DNA of 64,000 nt, taken from assembly GCA_050014195.1 (NCBI GenBank), contig JBEKDT010000016.1:32001-96000 (forward strand). Direction: 5' to 3'. Below the pieces are notes generated by a model, which saw only the letters and a list, made by a program, of their open reading frames with translations, made no database searches and was not told the origin of the DNA. Below, in pieces: positions 50,251-58,837 of the stretch; the first letter of the stretch is position 1, and the number at the start of each line of letters is the position of its first letter. The stretch comes from Desulfomonilia bacterium (lineage in GTDB: Bacteria; Desulfobacterota; Desulfomonilia; UBA1062). The translations under genes and the position numbers were made by a program.

Positions 50251-50718
50251 TTACTGTTCCTCTTTACCCCTGAACCCCTGGCCTTCATGCCCAAACCTTT
50301 TTTTCCGCATCTCATCCGCCATTGCACTCAGCCGCTGGAAACGGTCCTGACCAAGGATCTTTCTTACGCCAAGGATATACTTGAAGCGCTCTGCAGCAAG
50401 TTTCTGCCTCTTCTCCTCCACCCGTTTGTACTGGGCTGCCGCGGATGCATCATTTACGGGCTCTTTATTCAGGATGTCCTCCAGCTTGAGCCGCTCTTTA
50501 TCAAGATCGCTTTTCATGTCGATGAACTTGTCCCGGTTCTTGATGAACATATCATCAAGGGCCTGCTTTTCTTTATCCGTCAGGTTGAGTTCTTTGGCCA
50601 CCCCGGGCCGTTGCCACCACCTCCCGTTCCCCATGTCCTGTGCATAAACATCCCCGGAGGTGATGATCATTGCGGCAAGCACCACAACAGCCACGACAAA
50701 GTACTTATTCATATCCAT
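50251..50718 (-). CDS. periplasmic Spy/CpxP/ZraP-like protein (paralog 1)
   Basis: Signal peptide ending VYA, WWQRPGVAKELNLTDKEKQAL, VRKILGQDRF. Confidence 0.82.
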   Translation of the reverse strand: MDMNKYFVVAVVVLAAMIITSGDVYAQDMGNGRWWQRPGVAKELNLTDKEKQALDDMFIKNRDKFIDMKSDLDKERLKLEDILNKEPVNDASAAAQYKRVEEKRQKLAAERFKYILGVRKILGQDRFQRLSAMADEMRKKRFGHEGQGFRGKEEQ

Positions 50719-50723
50719 TCTCC

Positions 50724-51254
50724 TTATATATCCATTACATCCGGCATCGTTTCCATCGGGTCCATATAATCAAAGGCATCATCATCCATGGTAGAATCGC
50801 TCGAAGGCAGGATCTCGACATAGGCCGAAGCAAAAGGATTTTCTTCAAGCTGCCGGACATCGGCAGTGAACCTCTCATCCTGCGCCATCTCCCGAGCGAG
50901 ATCGGCCCTGGTCCCGTGCGGTATTGTCCGGGTGAAAAACTGGGGCAGAACCAGGGCCAATACCAGCGCCAAGGATGCCAAGACTGCAACGGCCCCCGTG
51001 GGCCATCTGATGAGCCATGTTGATGGTTTTACCGGCTCCAAGGCTGGAAGCCTGACCTTCATCCGGGAGACCGGAGTGAACCGTAAAGCCTGTTCCGAGA
51101 TCGAATCGAGCCGGCCGGCTAAAAGCCTTCTGGCTTCGCAGCATTCAGGGCAGTGTTCCAGATGATCCCGTTCATGCATGGTAAGGTCTTGCTCGTCTAT
51201 CAGAGACATGGTTATACGCTGCGGGTCCAGATGCACATTTTTATCGTGCCTCAT
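50724..51254 (-). CDS. zinc-binding anti-sigma factor (ZAS), single TM segment
   Basis: HLEHCPEC (HxxxCxxC), one hydrophobic helix, ATGA overlap with the sigma gene. Confidence 0.85.
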   Translation of the reverse strand: MRHDKNVHLDPQRITMSLIDEQDLTMHERDHLEHCPECCEARRLLAGRLDSISEQALRFTPVSRMKVRLPALEPVKPSTWLIRWPTGAVAVLASLALVLALVLPQFFTRTIPHGTRADLAREMAQDERFTADVRQLEENPFASAYVEILPSSDSTMDDDAFDYMDPMETMPDVMDI

Positions 51255-51877
51255 TTCTCTACCTCCCCGGACATTCCTTCGTCCGGATATTCTTTTCTAA
51301 ACTTCTCAATGGCCCGGTACAGATGTGTTTTTACCGCGCTCTCGCTCCTGCCAAGCGTTATTGCAATCTCCTGGATGCTCAAGCTTTCGAGAAAGCGCAA
51401 TCTGAATACCTCCTGCTGGAGTCCCGGCAGACACGTAAGAAATTTGTTGAAACGGTCCCAGAATCGCTTTCCGGCCAGTTGGTCGTAACCGTCCGGGCTT
51501 GGGTCCGGATGCTCCTGATCTATATCCTTTTCTCCAAAACTGAACAGGGAGGCAAATTTCTGCCTCCTTCGAAAATCTTTGACCTTATTGACGGCGATGC
51601 GATAGAGCCAGGCCCTAAAGAGCTCAGGGCTCCTGAGCGTGTTCATGCTGCCGTATGCCTTCAGGAACACGTCCTGAACCAGGTCTTCTGCATCCGCTCT
51701 TGACTGAAGACGTGCATACACCATGCGAAAAATTCCCCCTTGATGGATCTCGATCAGCTCCTCAAATGAGCGCCTGTCACCGTCAATGGCAGCCCTGACG
51801 AGGATCTCGATATCCGTGTTGATCTTGTTATCCTTGTGCCTTCCATCTTCCTGCATCGACCTGCATTCTACCAGCAC
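51251..51877 (-). CDS. ECF RNA polymerase sigma factor
   Basis: Region 2: DAEDLVQDVFLKAY...FRAWLYRIAVN. Region 4: QQEVFRLR...IQEIA..L..SESAVKTHLYRA. Exact start uncertain. Confidence 0.94.
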   Translation of the reverse strand: MLVECRSMQEDGRHKDNKINTDIEILVRAAIDGDRRSFEELIEIHQGGIFRMVYARLQSRADAEDLVQDVFLKAYGSMNTLRSPELFRAWLYRIAVNKVKDFRRRQKFASLFSFGEKDIDQEHPDPSPDGYDQLAGKRFWDRFNKFLTCLPGLQQEVFRLRFLESLSIQEIAITLGRSESAVKTHLYRAIEKFRKEYPDEGMSGEVEK

Positions 51878-51917
51878 TTAAATATCCGCGTCTGCCTTTT
51901 TCTTACCTGTTGCCATG

Positions 51918-51948
51918 TAAGACGTATGAGGAAAAGGATTTGTCTACA
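51918..51948 (-). promoter_or_regulatory. ECF-type promoter, copy D (probably autoregulatory)
   Basis: TGTAGAC-aaatccttttcctcat-ACGTCTTA, directly upstream of the ECF sigma gene. Confidence 0.82.
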
Positions 51949-52014
51949 TTGATTTGATGGGTTACACGAACTTTTCACCATCATCCATGACTGTGTGATC
52001 AGTAATCACTGACC

Positions 52015-52506
52015 TTATTCGACTCGCCCCGGCACATTGAATATCATTGGTGTGTGTCCAGTAAGGATGAGGAACCGCTCGATATCATCCCGTGAGATCA
52101 CGAGAGTGCTCGTGTTTACCAGGGGATGACACTGGATGGCCTTACTCTGCCAGAGATCCTTATCCACAATGACCTCCACCCTGCCTTTTGTGTCGTTCAC
52201 TGCGGCAAGGATTGTCACAGACCCCGGTGTGAGGCCGAGGTATTCCATGAGACGCTCAGACGAAGCAAAGCTCAGACCCTTGACCTCAAGCGCATCCTCA
52301 AGACCCTTGATATCCACCGTCTTCTCGTCGCGTACACTCACCAGGAAATGCCGGCGGGCCTTGCGGTCGCGCAGGAACAGATTCTTGGTCTTGGAGGCAT
52401 TGGTCTTTAAGTCAAGACTGTCCGCCTGTTCACAGGTATATACGGCCTCATGGTCATAGCGCTCATAGGGTATATCGTTCATGTGGAGAAATTCATAGAT
52501 GTCCAT
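52015..52506 (-). CDS. ProX/PrdX (YbaK-like) aminoacyl-tRNA editing protein
   Basis: TKNLFLRD, LSFAS, LGLTPGSVT, CHPLVNTST. Confidence 0.9.
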   Translation of the reverse strand: MDIYEFLHMNDIPYERYDHEAVYTCEQADSLDLKTNASKTKNLFLRDRKARRHFLVSVRDEKTVDIKGLEDALEVKGLSFASSERLMEYLGLTPGSVTILAAVNDTKGRVEVIVDKDLWQSKAIQCHPLVNTSTLVISRDDIERFLILTGHTPMIFNVPGRVE

Positions 52507-52527
52507 AGCTCTCCTCTCCGGTCATTA

Positions 52528-53202
52528 TTAGGTAAAACCGCACCAGGTGGTTATGGTGTTCATATCCTCTCGCGGACTTACTACCCTGTTCGCCGGGAAA
52601 TCCAAATCCGGGTAGCCGATGGCTATGGAGATGATGATACGCTTTGTTTCCGGAATTTTTACCACGGATCTTATGTTTTCCGGATACATAACGCCCTGGT
52701 CTTCAATGCAGGTACCAAGGCCATGATCGAGGGCTGCCAGGCATATGGTCTGCATGAGGGCACCTATATCCATGAGGGGGCCTGCTTCGGTCAAGGCATT
52801 ATCGGTCAGGATGATTACCGCACTAGGCGCGTCGAAGAATCGGAATCCACGCTCCATCCAGGCTGCACGCTTGTCCTTGTCCTCCCTGGGGATGCCCATG
52901 AGGCGGAAGATGCGCATGGCCACCTCCACCTGCCGTTTGCGATAGACGCTTTGATTCGGCCAGCCCGTAATGATGTGTTCGGGGTGTATCATGGCCCCGG
53001 AGCGGAGACTGCAGACGTTCTCATGGGCGATCTTTTTCAGAACATCGCCGTCGATCACGAGGAACTCCCAGGGCTGGGTGTTCATGGTGGACGGGGCCCT
53101 GCACGCAAGCTCCAGGATCTCTTCAAGGATCGCCCTGGGCACTTTGTCCGGCTTGAAGCCCCTTATGCTCTTCCTGCTCCGTATGGCTGTCTCGATGTCC
53201 AT
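52528..53202 (-). CDS. nitroreductase-family protein
   Basis: RKSIRGF, APSTMNTQPW, FFDAP, GLGTC. Confidence 0.9.
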   Translation of the reverse strand: MDIETAIRSRKSIRGFKPDKVPRAILEEILELACRAPSTMNTQPWEFLVIDGDVLKKIAHENVCSLRSGAMIHPEHIITGWPNQSVYRKRQVEVAMRIFRLMGIPREDKDKRAAWMERGFRFFDAPSAVIILTDNALTEAGPLMDIGALMQTICLAALDHGLGTCIEDQGVMYPENIRSVVKIPETKRIIISIAIGYPDLDFPANRVVSPREDMNTITTWCGFT

Positions 53203-53235
53203 ATCGCCCCCTTCATATACTGAAATCCTCTATAC

Positions 53236-53811
53236 CTAGAACCGTTTGATGATGATATCTTCAAGCGAGCGCTTGGGAACATGGTGCACGCCTTTCTCAT
53301 CCCGCCAATACCGGATATCTCCCTCAGTGCCCACTGCATCGATCCTGACCTCTTCTTTGGGCTTGCCCAGAGCGATCACCAGCAAGATCTCATAGTGCTC
53401 AGGGATGCTCAGTGCTTCAGCAAGGCCCTTTCTACTGAAAGCGGCGATCATGCACCCGCCGAGCCCCTTCTCTGCGGCCCCCAAGAGAATTGATTGTGCC
53501 GCAATCCCGTGGTTGCACCAGAAATTCGTAGTTATCTGCTTGTCGCCAAGGATGATGATATAGGCCGAAGGTCTCTCTCCCTCGGAGGGGCCCGGCCAGT
53601 CTTTGAGGTATGCAGCCCAGCCGAGATGAGGGAATATGGAGGAATTGGCCTGCACATCAGCCGAGATGAAATACTTCAGAGGCTGCATATTGGCTGCTGA
53701 GGCGGAGAGACGCGCAAGATCCACGAAAGCCTTCAGCTCATCTTTTGTGACTATATGGTCCTGGTAAAACCTCCTGTACGATCTGTTCCGGATAACTATA
53801 TCCCTCAACAT
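53236..53811 (-). CDS. nitroreductase-family protein
   Basis: NRSYRRF, SASAANMQPL, AQSILLGA..GLGGC, HHVPKRSL; start at MLRD. Confidence 0.9.
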   Translation of the reverse strand: MLRDIVIRNRSYRRFYQDHIVTKDELKAFVDLARLSASAANMQPLKYFISADVQANSSIFPHLGWAAYLKDWPGPSEGERPSAYIIILGDKQITTNFWCNHGIAAQSILLGAAEKGLGGCMIAAFSRKGLAEALSIPEHYEILLVIALGKPKEEVRIDAVGTEGDIRYWRDEKGVHHVPKRSLEDIIIKRF

Positions 53812-53840
53812 AGTCCTTTTCTCCATTCGTTGAAATTCTC

Positions 53841-54290
53841 CTATAGTATAGACTTCGGCCTGATATTCTTCCACTGAGCGCCCATGGGGCATGCCTTCAT
53901 GCACGCAATACAGTTGTCCACATCCGTAATCATGGTCTGGCCGAACTCAACCATGAAATCCCTCTTATGGATCTCCACGGGCTTGTCTGCAGATACGGGT
54001 AATGAGAGAAACCCGCCTCGCTCAAGATATCGGCCCACCTTTTCTGCGACCCGGTCCAAAAGTCTCGATGTCTGCATCTTGTTTCTGGTCCAGAGTTTGA
54101 GATCCGGGGAATAAACCGCTCCCAGGCTGTGTGAGACCGCCATGACGATCACGCTCCCGGCTGTGGGCATAAGCCTTAAGGCAGGTCTGGCCGGGCGGGC
54201 AAGAAGCAGATCATCGGCACAGGCAATGCCGACGAGGTCGATCCCTTCCGCGAGGATCATCTGCTTGATCGAGGCTGAGTCAAGTTCCAT
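53841..54290 (-). pseudogene. epoxyqueuosine reductase (QueG)-like protein with apparent internal deletion
   Basis: QueG-like N-terminus (IK.....GIDLVGIA, P..LMP.A.SVIV) joined almost directly to the final C..CMKACP; only 149 aa. Confidence 0.55.
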
Positions 54291-55005
54291 GTTGAGCCCT
54301 CGATTTCTGAAGGTTCTTCAGGAACGGCTTATTGAGGAAGCTCTTCTCGTCGAGAGAGCAGAGCTGCTCGAACATGGGGACCGTCACACTAAAGGCCAGG
54401 ATGTCGGGTGGCAGCCACTGCCGCATGGCTATGTCGGTGGCTCCGATAATGGCCTGGGGCAGGCTTAAGTCTTCGAATGGGGTGATCATCTCCATGCAGC
54501 CTGACCCGAAGGGGGCCAGGACGGCAGGCGGGTCGCCGGGGGCGTTACGGTAGTGCGCTCCGATGATGAGTGCGCTCAACTGGTCGGGGTTCACATAAAA
54601 GGTCACGGTCTTCAGGTACGGTTCCTTGCCTTCTTTCAGGGGCCCTATAAGGATATTGGGATGTTCCTGGCGGTAGGTCCTGCGCTCGTCGATCCATCTG
54701 CCCATGATCTCGTGGTCGGCCTTGAGCCCCTCGGCGTCCACGAGGAAGGTGATGTATTCCTGCCTGGACCGGGTGGCCACGCTACACAGGGCCGTTCCGG
54801 CACCACCGCATCCGAAGTTGTCTTTGGTGATAAGCAGGGTTTTCCCACCCAGCCAGTCCTTGTAAAAGGCGAAGACACAAACATGTTTCTTGGGTTCAGG
54901 TGCCGCCACCGGTTCGAACCCGGAAGTATCCGGCGCATCATAGAACCCGATGAGGGGTGTCTTGATGCCGAGGCGTTCAATAAGTCCGGAAGGATCTTGT
55001 TTCAT
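54280..55005 (-). CDS. DUF169-like protein
   Basis: CV......GK.......FGC.GA, NPDQLSAL, PFGSGC, D...R..LP. Confidence 0.7.
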   Translation of the reverse strand: MKQDPSGLIERLGIKTPLIGFYDAPDTSGFEPVAAPEPKKHVCVFAFYKDWLGGKTLLITKDNFGCGGAGTALCSVATRSRQEYITFLVDAEGLKADHEIMGRWIDERRTYRQEHPNILIGPLKEGKEPYLKTVTFYVNPDQLSALIIGAHYRNAPGDPPAVLAPFGSGCMEMITPFEDLSLPQAIIGATDIAMRQWLPPDILAFSVTVPMFEQLCSLDEKSFLNKPFLKNLQKSRAQHGT

Positions 55006-55095
55006 GCTTCCTCCTTTCGTGCTTCATGCATGAGCATGTACACGTTAAACTGTTGTGCAAGATACATCATCAGGGGTGTGCTCGCGTGAGACGGG

Positions 55096-56187
55096 TCAGT
55101 TGTCTATGGGCATGTGAGGCTCTTCCAGGGCAGCTTTCTCAAAACTGTCAGGGTCCCATTGTGGCCGGTTATCCTTGTCGATGAGCCGCGCGCGCACCCC
55201 CTCCCTGAAATCGTGCCGCCCCATCAGATATCGGGCGACCTTCAGATCCGCCTGGAAGACTTCGGCAAGGTCCCTGCCCTCGTCGCGGCGCAGACACTTG
55301 AGCGTAACAAAAACGGCGCCCGGCGAACGCTCCTTAAGCCTGCCGAACACCCCTTCACAGAGATCATTGAGTATGCTGCAGGCCCTCAGACCATTCAATA
55401 TGTCAAGCACGGATGTCTTACCGGCGAAATACTCCTTGACCCATCGGTCCATTTCCGGGTTTGCAGGTATCTCTCGTTGCTCAAAAGGCCTGAGGAGATC
55501 CCGCAATCTTCTTACCGCATCTTTCCTCTCTGAAGACAAGGAAGGTGCATGCAGTTTCAGGGTCTCCAAGGCATCATCAAACCTTGATGAGGGGATGAGA
55601 CAGTCGGCCAATCCGATGCGTACGCATTCAGCGCCGATCATCTCATACCCGGTGAGGCCGAGGAACTCCGGATAGCCCCCAGAGCACTTCAAGAACAGCC
55701 AACCCGTAGAGCCGACATCGGGGAAGAAGCCGATCCGCGTCTCGGGCATGGCCATGCGCGTTGTCTCGCTTGCGATGGTGATGTCCGCCCCTGAGGAAAG
55801 GCCAAGACCGCCTCCCATGGTGACCCCATGGGCAAATACGATCACGGGCTTGGGATATCGGTGGATGGCCAGGTCAAGATCATTCTCCTCCTTGAGAAAT
55901 TGCATGGCGGGCTCAAGATTATTTTCCGTAACGGCCCGGGCCAACAGCTTGATGTCACCGCCGGCACAAAACCCCCTCTCGCCTGCGCCGCTTAGGATGA
56001 TGAGTCTTACCGAATCATCGTTCCTTGCATCATAGAGTGCCTCAGCTATGATGTAGATCATATCCAGGGTGAGACTGTTGATTACATCAGGCCGGTTGAG
56101 GACCATGTGCACGACCCCGTCCGAGCGTCTGATGAGGACCGGCTGTGCGGTTGATTCATTGAGTTCATTCATGTCATTCACTCGCAT
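55096..56187 (-). CDS. 3-hydroxyisobutyryl-CoA hydrolase-like (crotonase ECH_2 family)
   Basis: LNRPDVINSL, FCAGGDI, TMGGGLGL, AMPETRIGFFPDVG, DFREGVRARLIDKD..P.W. Confidence 0.9.
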   Translation of the reverse strand: MRVNDMNELNESTAQPVLIRRSDGVVHMVLNRPDVINSLTLDMIYIIAEALYDARNDDSVRLIILSGAGERGFCAGGDIKLLARAVTENNLEPAMQFLKEENDLDLAIHRYPKPVIVFAHGVTMGGGLGLSSGADITIASETTRMAMPETRIGFFPDVGSTGWLFLKCSGGYPEFLGLTGYEMIGAECVRIGLADCLIPSSRFDDALETLKLHAPSLSSERKDAVRRLRDLLRPFEQREIPANPEMDRWVKEYFAGKTSVLDILNGLRACSILNDLCEGVFGRLKERSPGAVFVTLKCLRRDEGRDLAEVFQADLKVARYLMGRHDFREGVRARLIDKDNRPQWDPDSFEKAALEEPHMPIDN

Positions 56188-56243
56188 GTACTTGATGAGG
56201 GATGAAGAGCCTGAACAGCAGAATGCCTTCTACGGCAACCCCC

Positions 56244-57314
56244 TTATCCTTGGTTGCTGAAAAGCTCCTTCATACGCATAAGCAATGTGAGGTCGCCCTC
56301 AGCCGTATATTTGCCCTTCATGAAGGCATCCTGACCATCCGCCTTTCCCGTAAGAATATCCATCCAGACCTCAAAGGGGGCCTTTACCACGAGGTCGGGG
56401 CCTGCCGCCGGTCCCATGAATTCTTCAATGCCCCCATCGGCAATTATGAATGAGCAGGAACCCGACTGCTCACCGGTAAAATCAAACTGGAGGACAGCGT
56501 GCTTAGAGTCTGCAGACTCAGGCTTGTAGGCCATCTTCATAAGCAGGGCAAAATCCTCTATGGTCTCCGGCCTTGGAACAACGCCCTTCGCCCTCAACTC
56601 CTCAGGGGTCATCTTCTCCCGGATGCAGGTCTTCCAGAAGATATTTGCAGCCCTCAACAAAACCTTCTTATCACCTATGGGTTGAGTGATTCGTTCCATT
56701 GTCTCAGGTGCAATCCTCATGTTTTTTACCATCTCTCCACCCGCCTTCGAGAGGGCATCAAGGATTTCATCGCGCACCTTCTTGTTCGGCCCCATTACCA
56801 TGGCCTCGGCTGCAGGCCTATAGATCTCGGCGATGAGTCCTCTGCCGTACATGAATCGCATATGGTTTGAAAGCTGATCGAACACCGACATCTCAGGAAA
56901 GCCTGCCGCTGAAAGAACTGCAACCGCTGGGTGATGAAGGCGAAGAGGGTGGTAGCTGATGCCTTTCTTTTCCTGAATAAACGGTTCCAGCACAGGCAGG
57001 GTCCGCTCTATGAAGGCCTTCATGGCAGCGTTCATGGTGTAGTGGTACAGGGGGGTAGCAAAAACTGCGATATCGGATTCGATAAACTTGGGGAAGAGCT
57101 CCTCACTCATGTCGTCACGGTGGATGCACCTGCCGGGTGACTTGGTCCAGCAGGTCAAGCACCCAACACAGTTCTTAACGGACTTCGTCCGCAGGTGGAC
57201 AACCTCCACCTGGGCACCGGCCTTTTCCATCCCGGCTGCGAGATGGCTCAACATGAGCTCTGTCTTGCTCTGGCCCTTGATCCTGGGGCTGGAATTCAAA
57301 GCAAGTACCTTCAT
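56244..57314 (-). CDS. iron-sulfur flavoprotein (NADPH-FMN reductase fold) fused to an SCP2 domain
   Basis: NSSPR, CVGCLTCW.....C, ATPLY, KAFIER; C-terminal QFDFTG...AFMKGKY..EGDL (SCP2). Confidence 0.85.
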   Translation of the reverse strand: MKVLALNSSPRIKGQSKTELMLSHLAAGMEKAGAQVEVVHLRTKSVKNCVGCLTCWTKSPGRCIHRDDMSEELFPKFIESDIAVFATPLYHYTMNAAMKAFIERTLPVLEPFIQEKKGISYHPLRLHHPAVAVLSAAGFPEMSVFDQLSNHMRFMYGRGLIAEIYRPAAEAMVMGPNKKVRDEILDALSKAGGEMVKNMRIAPETMERITQPIGDKKVLLRAANIFWKTCIREKMTPEELRAKGVVPRPETIEDFALLMKMAYKPESADSKHAVLQFDFTGEQSGSCSFIIADGGIEEFMGPAAGPDLVVKAPFEVWMDILTGKADGQDAFMKGKYTAEGDLTLLMRMKELFSNQG

Positions 57315-57465
57315 AACGTCCTCCCTCACAACGGAATACTTCAAGAAAATATACCCAGGCGACTGAATATACCTTATATGCCGGATTCATGACAAGGAGA
57401 TCACATAAAAAGGCGATTATTACACGATATTAAGATGGAATGTACACATGGTCAGGGGGTAAAAC

Positions 57466-58749
57466 TTATTCCAGGTAACTCTTGAGCTGTTCCATCCGTA
57501 CCTTCACTTGCTCCTTGATCGATCCAAGCTCTGCGGGGTCTATCTCAAGGGCTTTCAGGGAAGTCAGAGTTTCCGGGTCAATGCCTTCGGGATTGGGTGT
57601 GCCATACCCCATGGACTTTACGAGAACATTGGCGAGATGCACCACCAGCAGCTCTTTGCTCGGCGTCTGGATACCATCTATATGGTCATGGAGCTCCGCT
57701 ACCTGCAAGTACACCCCGGGGAAATTCCACCTTTTTAAGAGAACCGCCCCGGTCTTACCGTGATAGGCCGCGAGCGAGTCCAACAACTCATCGGCAGGAA
57801 CAGCCTTTATGTCTTTTTCCTTCTTTTCGATCTCTCCCATAACCCGCAGGAGCATGAGCTTCCCGATGTCATGGAGCAGGCCCATCGTGAAGGGGTCCTC
57901 ACTCAGCTTCATCCCCTTGGCCTCAGTAATGACCTGGCAAGCATGGGCACACGAAAGTGAATGCTCCCAGAGCTTCTCCATGACTTCGGTGTATTTCGGA
58001 TTGGTCCCAAGATAGAGCGACCTGTTGGAAAGGGCATCGACTGTCTGTTTCGTGGCTAAAAGCCCCAAACGGCCGATGGCCTGTTCCACGGTGATGTTTT
58101 CCGTCAGGCCTCGATAAAAGGACGAGTTGGATATACTGATGAGCTTCGATGAGATAGCCGGGTCCTGCTTTAAAAGCCCTCCGATCTCCTGCAGATTTGC
58201 CCCTGTTTTTATCAGGGCATGGAACTTGGTCTGTATCCGGGGCATGGGCGGGAGCTCGATCTCACCTCTATTGAACTGTGCAATGATCTTGGTAAGCGGA
58301 TTCTTCTTTTCCCGGGCAGCTCCGTTCTCGGTCGATGACCCGTTTGGTGGCTGCTGCTCAGAGAGTCCGTTATCCTTTAATTTCTTGGCAACAGTCTCCA
58401 TGGTGAAGGGCTTCATGATATAGTCATTACAGCCGGATTTAATGCAGGTAAGAATAATATCCTTTTCAGATGACGCAGTGACCATGAAGATCTTGACCTG
58501 GCCTTCTTTGGGTATACCATTATCATTCTCCATGCTGCGGATCCGGTCGAGCACTTCGGTTCCATCCATCTCCGGCATTGAGATATCCAACATGATCAGA
58601 TCATATTGCTTCTCTTCCGCAGAAGCATCCATGAATGCCTTGAGGGCATCCTGTCCGCCCGTTACCTCATCGCACTCACCAAGCGAGCTCATGATGCGCT
58701 TCATCTTCTCCCGGCTGACAAGCTCATCATCAACCACGAGGATTCTCAT
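57466..58749 (-). CDS. response regulator, REC plus HDOD domain
   Basis: ILVVDD, LDISMPEMDG, KP; ELPPMP, QDPAISSKLI..SNS, LWEHS, GLLHDIGK. Confidence 0.9.
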   Translation of the reverse strand: MRILVVDDELVSREKMKRIMSSLGECDEVTGGQDALKAFMDASAEEKQYDLIMLDISMPEMDGTEVLDRIRSMENDNGIPKEGQVKIFMVTASSEKDIILTCIKSGCNDYIMKPFTMETVAKKLKDNGLSEQQPPNGSSTENGAAREKKNPLTKIIAQFNRGEIELPPMPRIQTKFHALIKTGANLQEIGGLLKQDPAISSKLISISNSSFYRGLTENITVEQAIGRLGLLATKQTVDALSNRSLYLGTNPKYTEVMEKLWEHSLSCAHACQVITEAKGMKLSEDPFTMGLLHDIGKLMLLRVMGEIEKKEKDIKAVPADELLDSLAAYHGKTGAVLLKRWNFPGVYLQVAELHDHIDGIQTPSKELLVVHLANVLVKSMGYGTPNPEGIDPETLTSLKALEIDPAELGSIKEQVKVRMEQLKSYLE

Positions 58750-58837
58750 TTAACCTCCTGACCTCAATGTACAATCCTTCTGAGGAGTTATCGCCAGGTC
58801 ATTTATCAACTCCGCTGTCTCGTTTCTTTCCATATTT

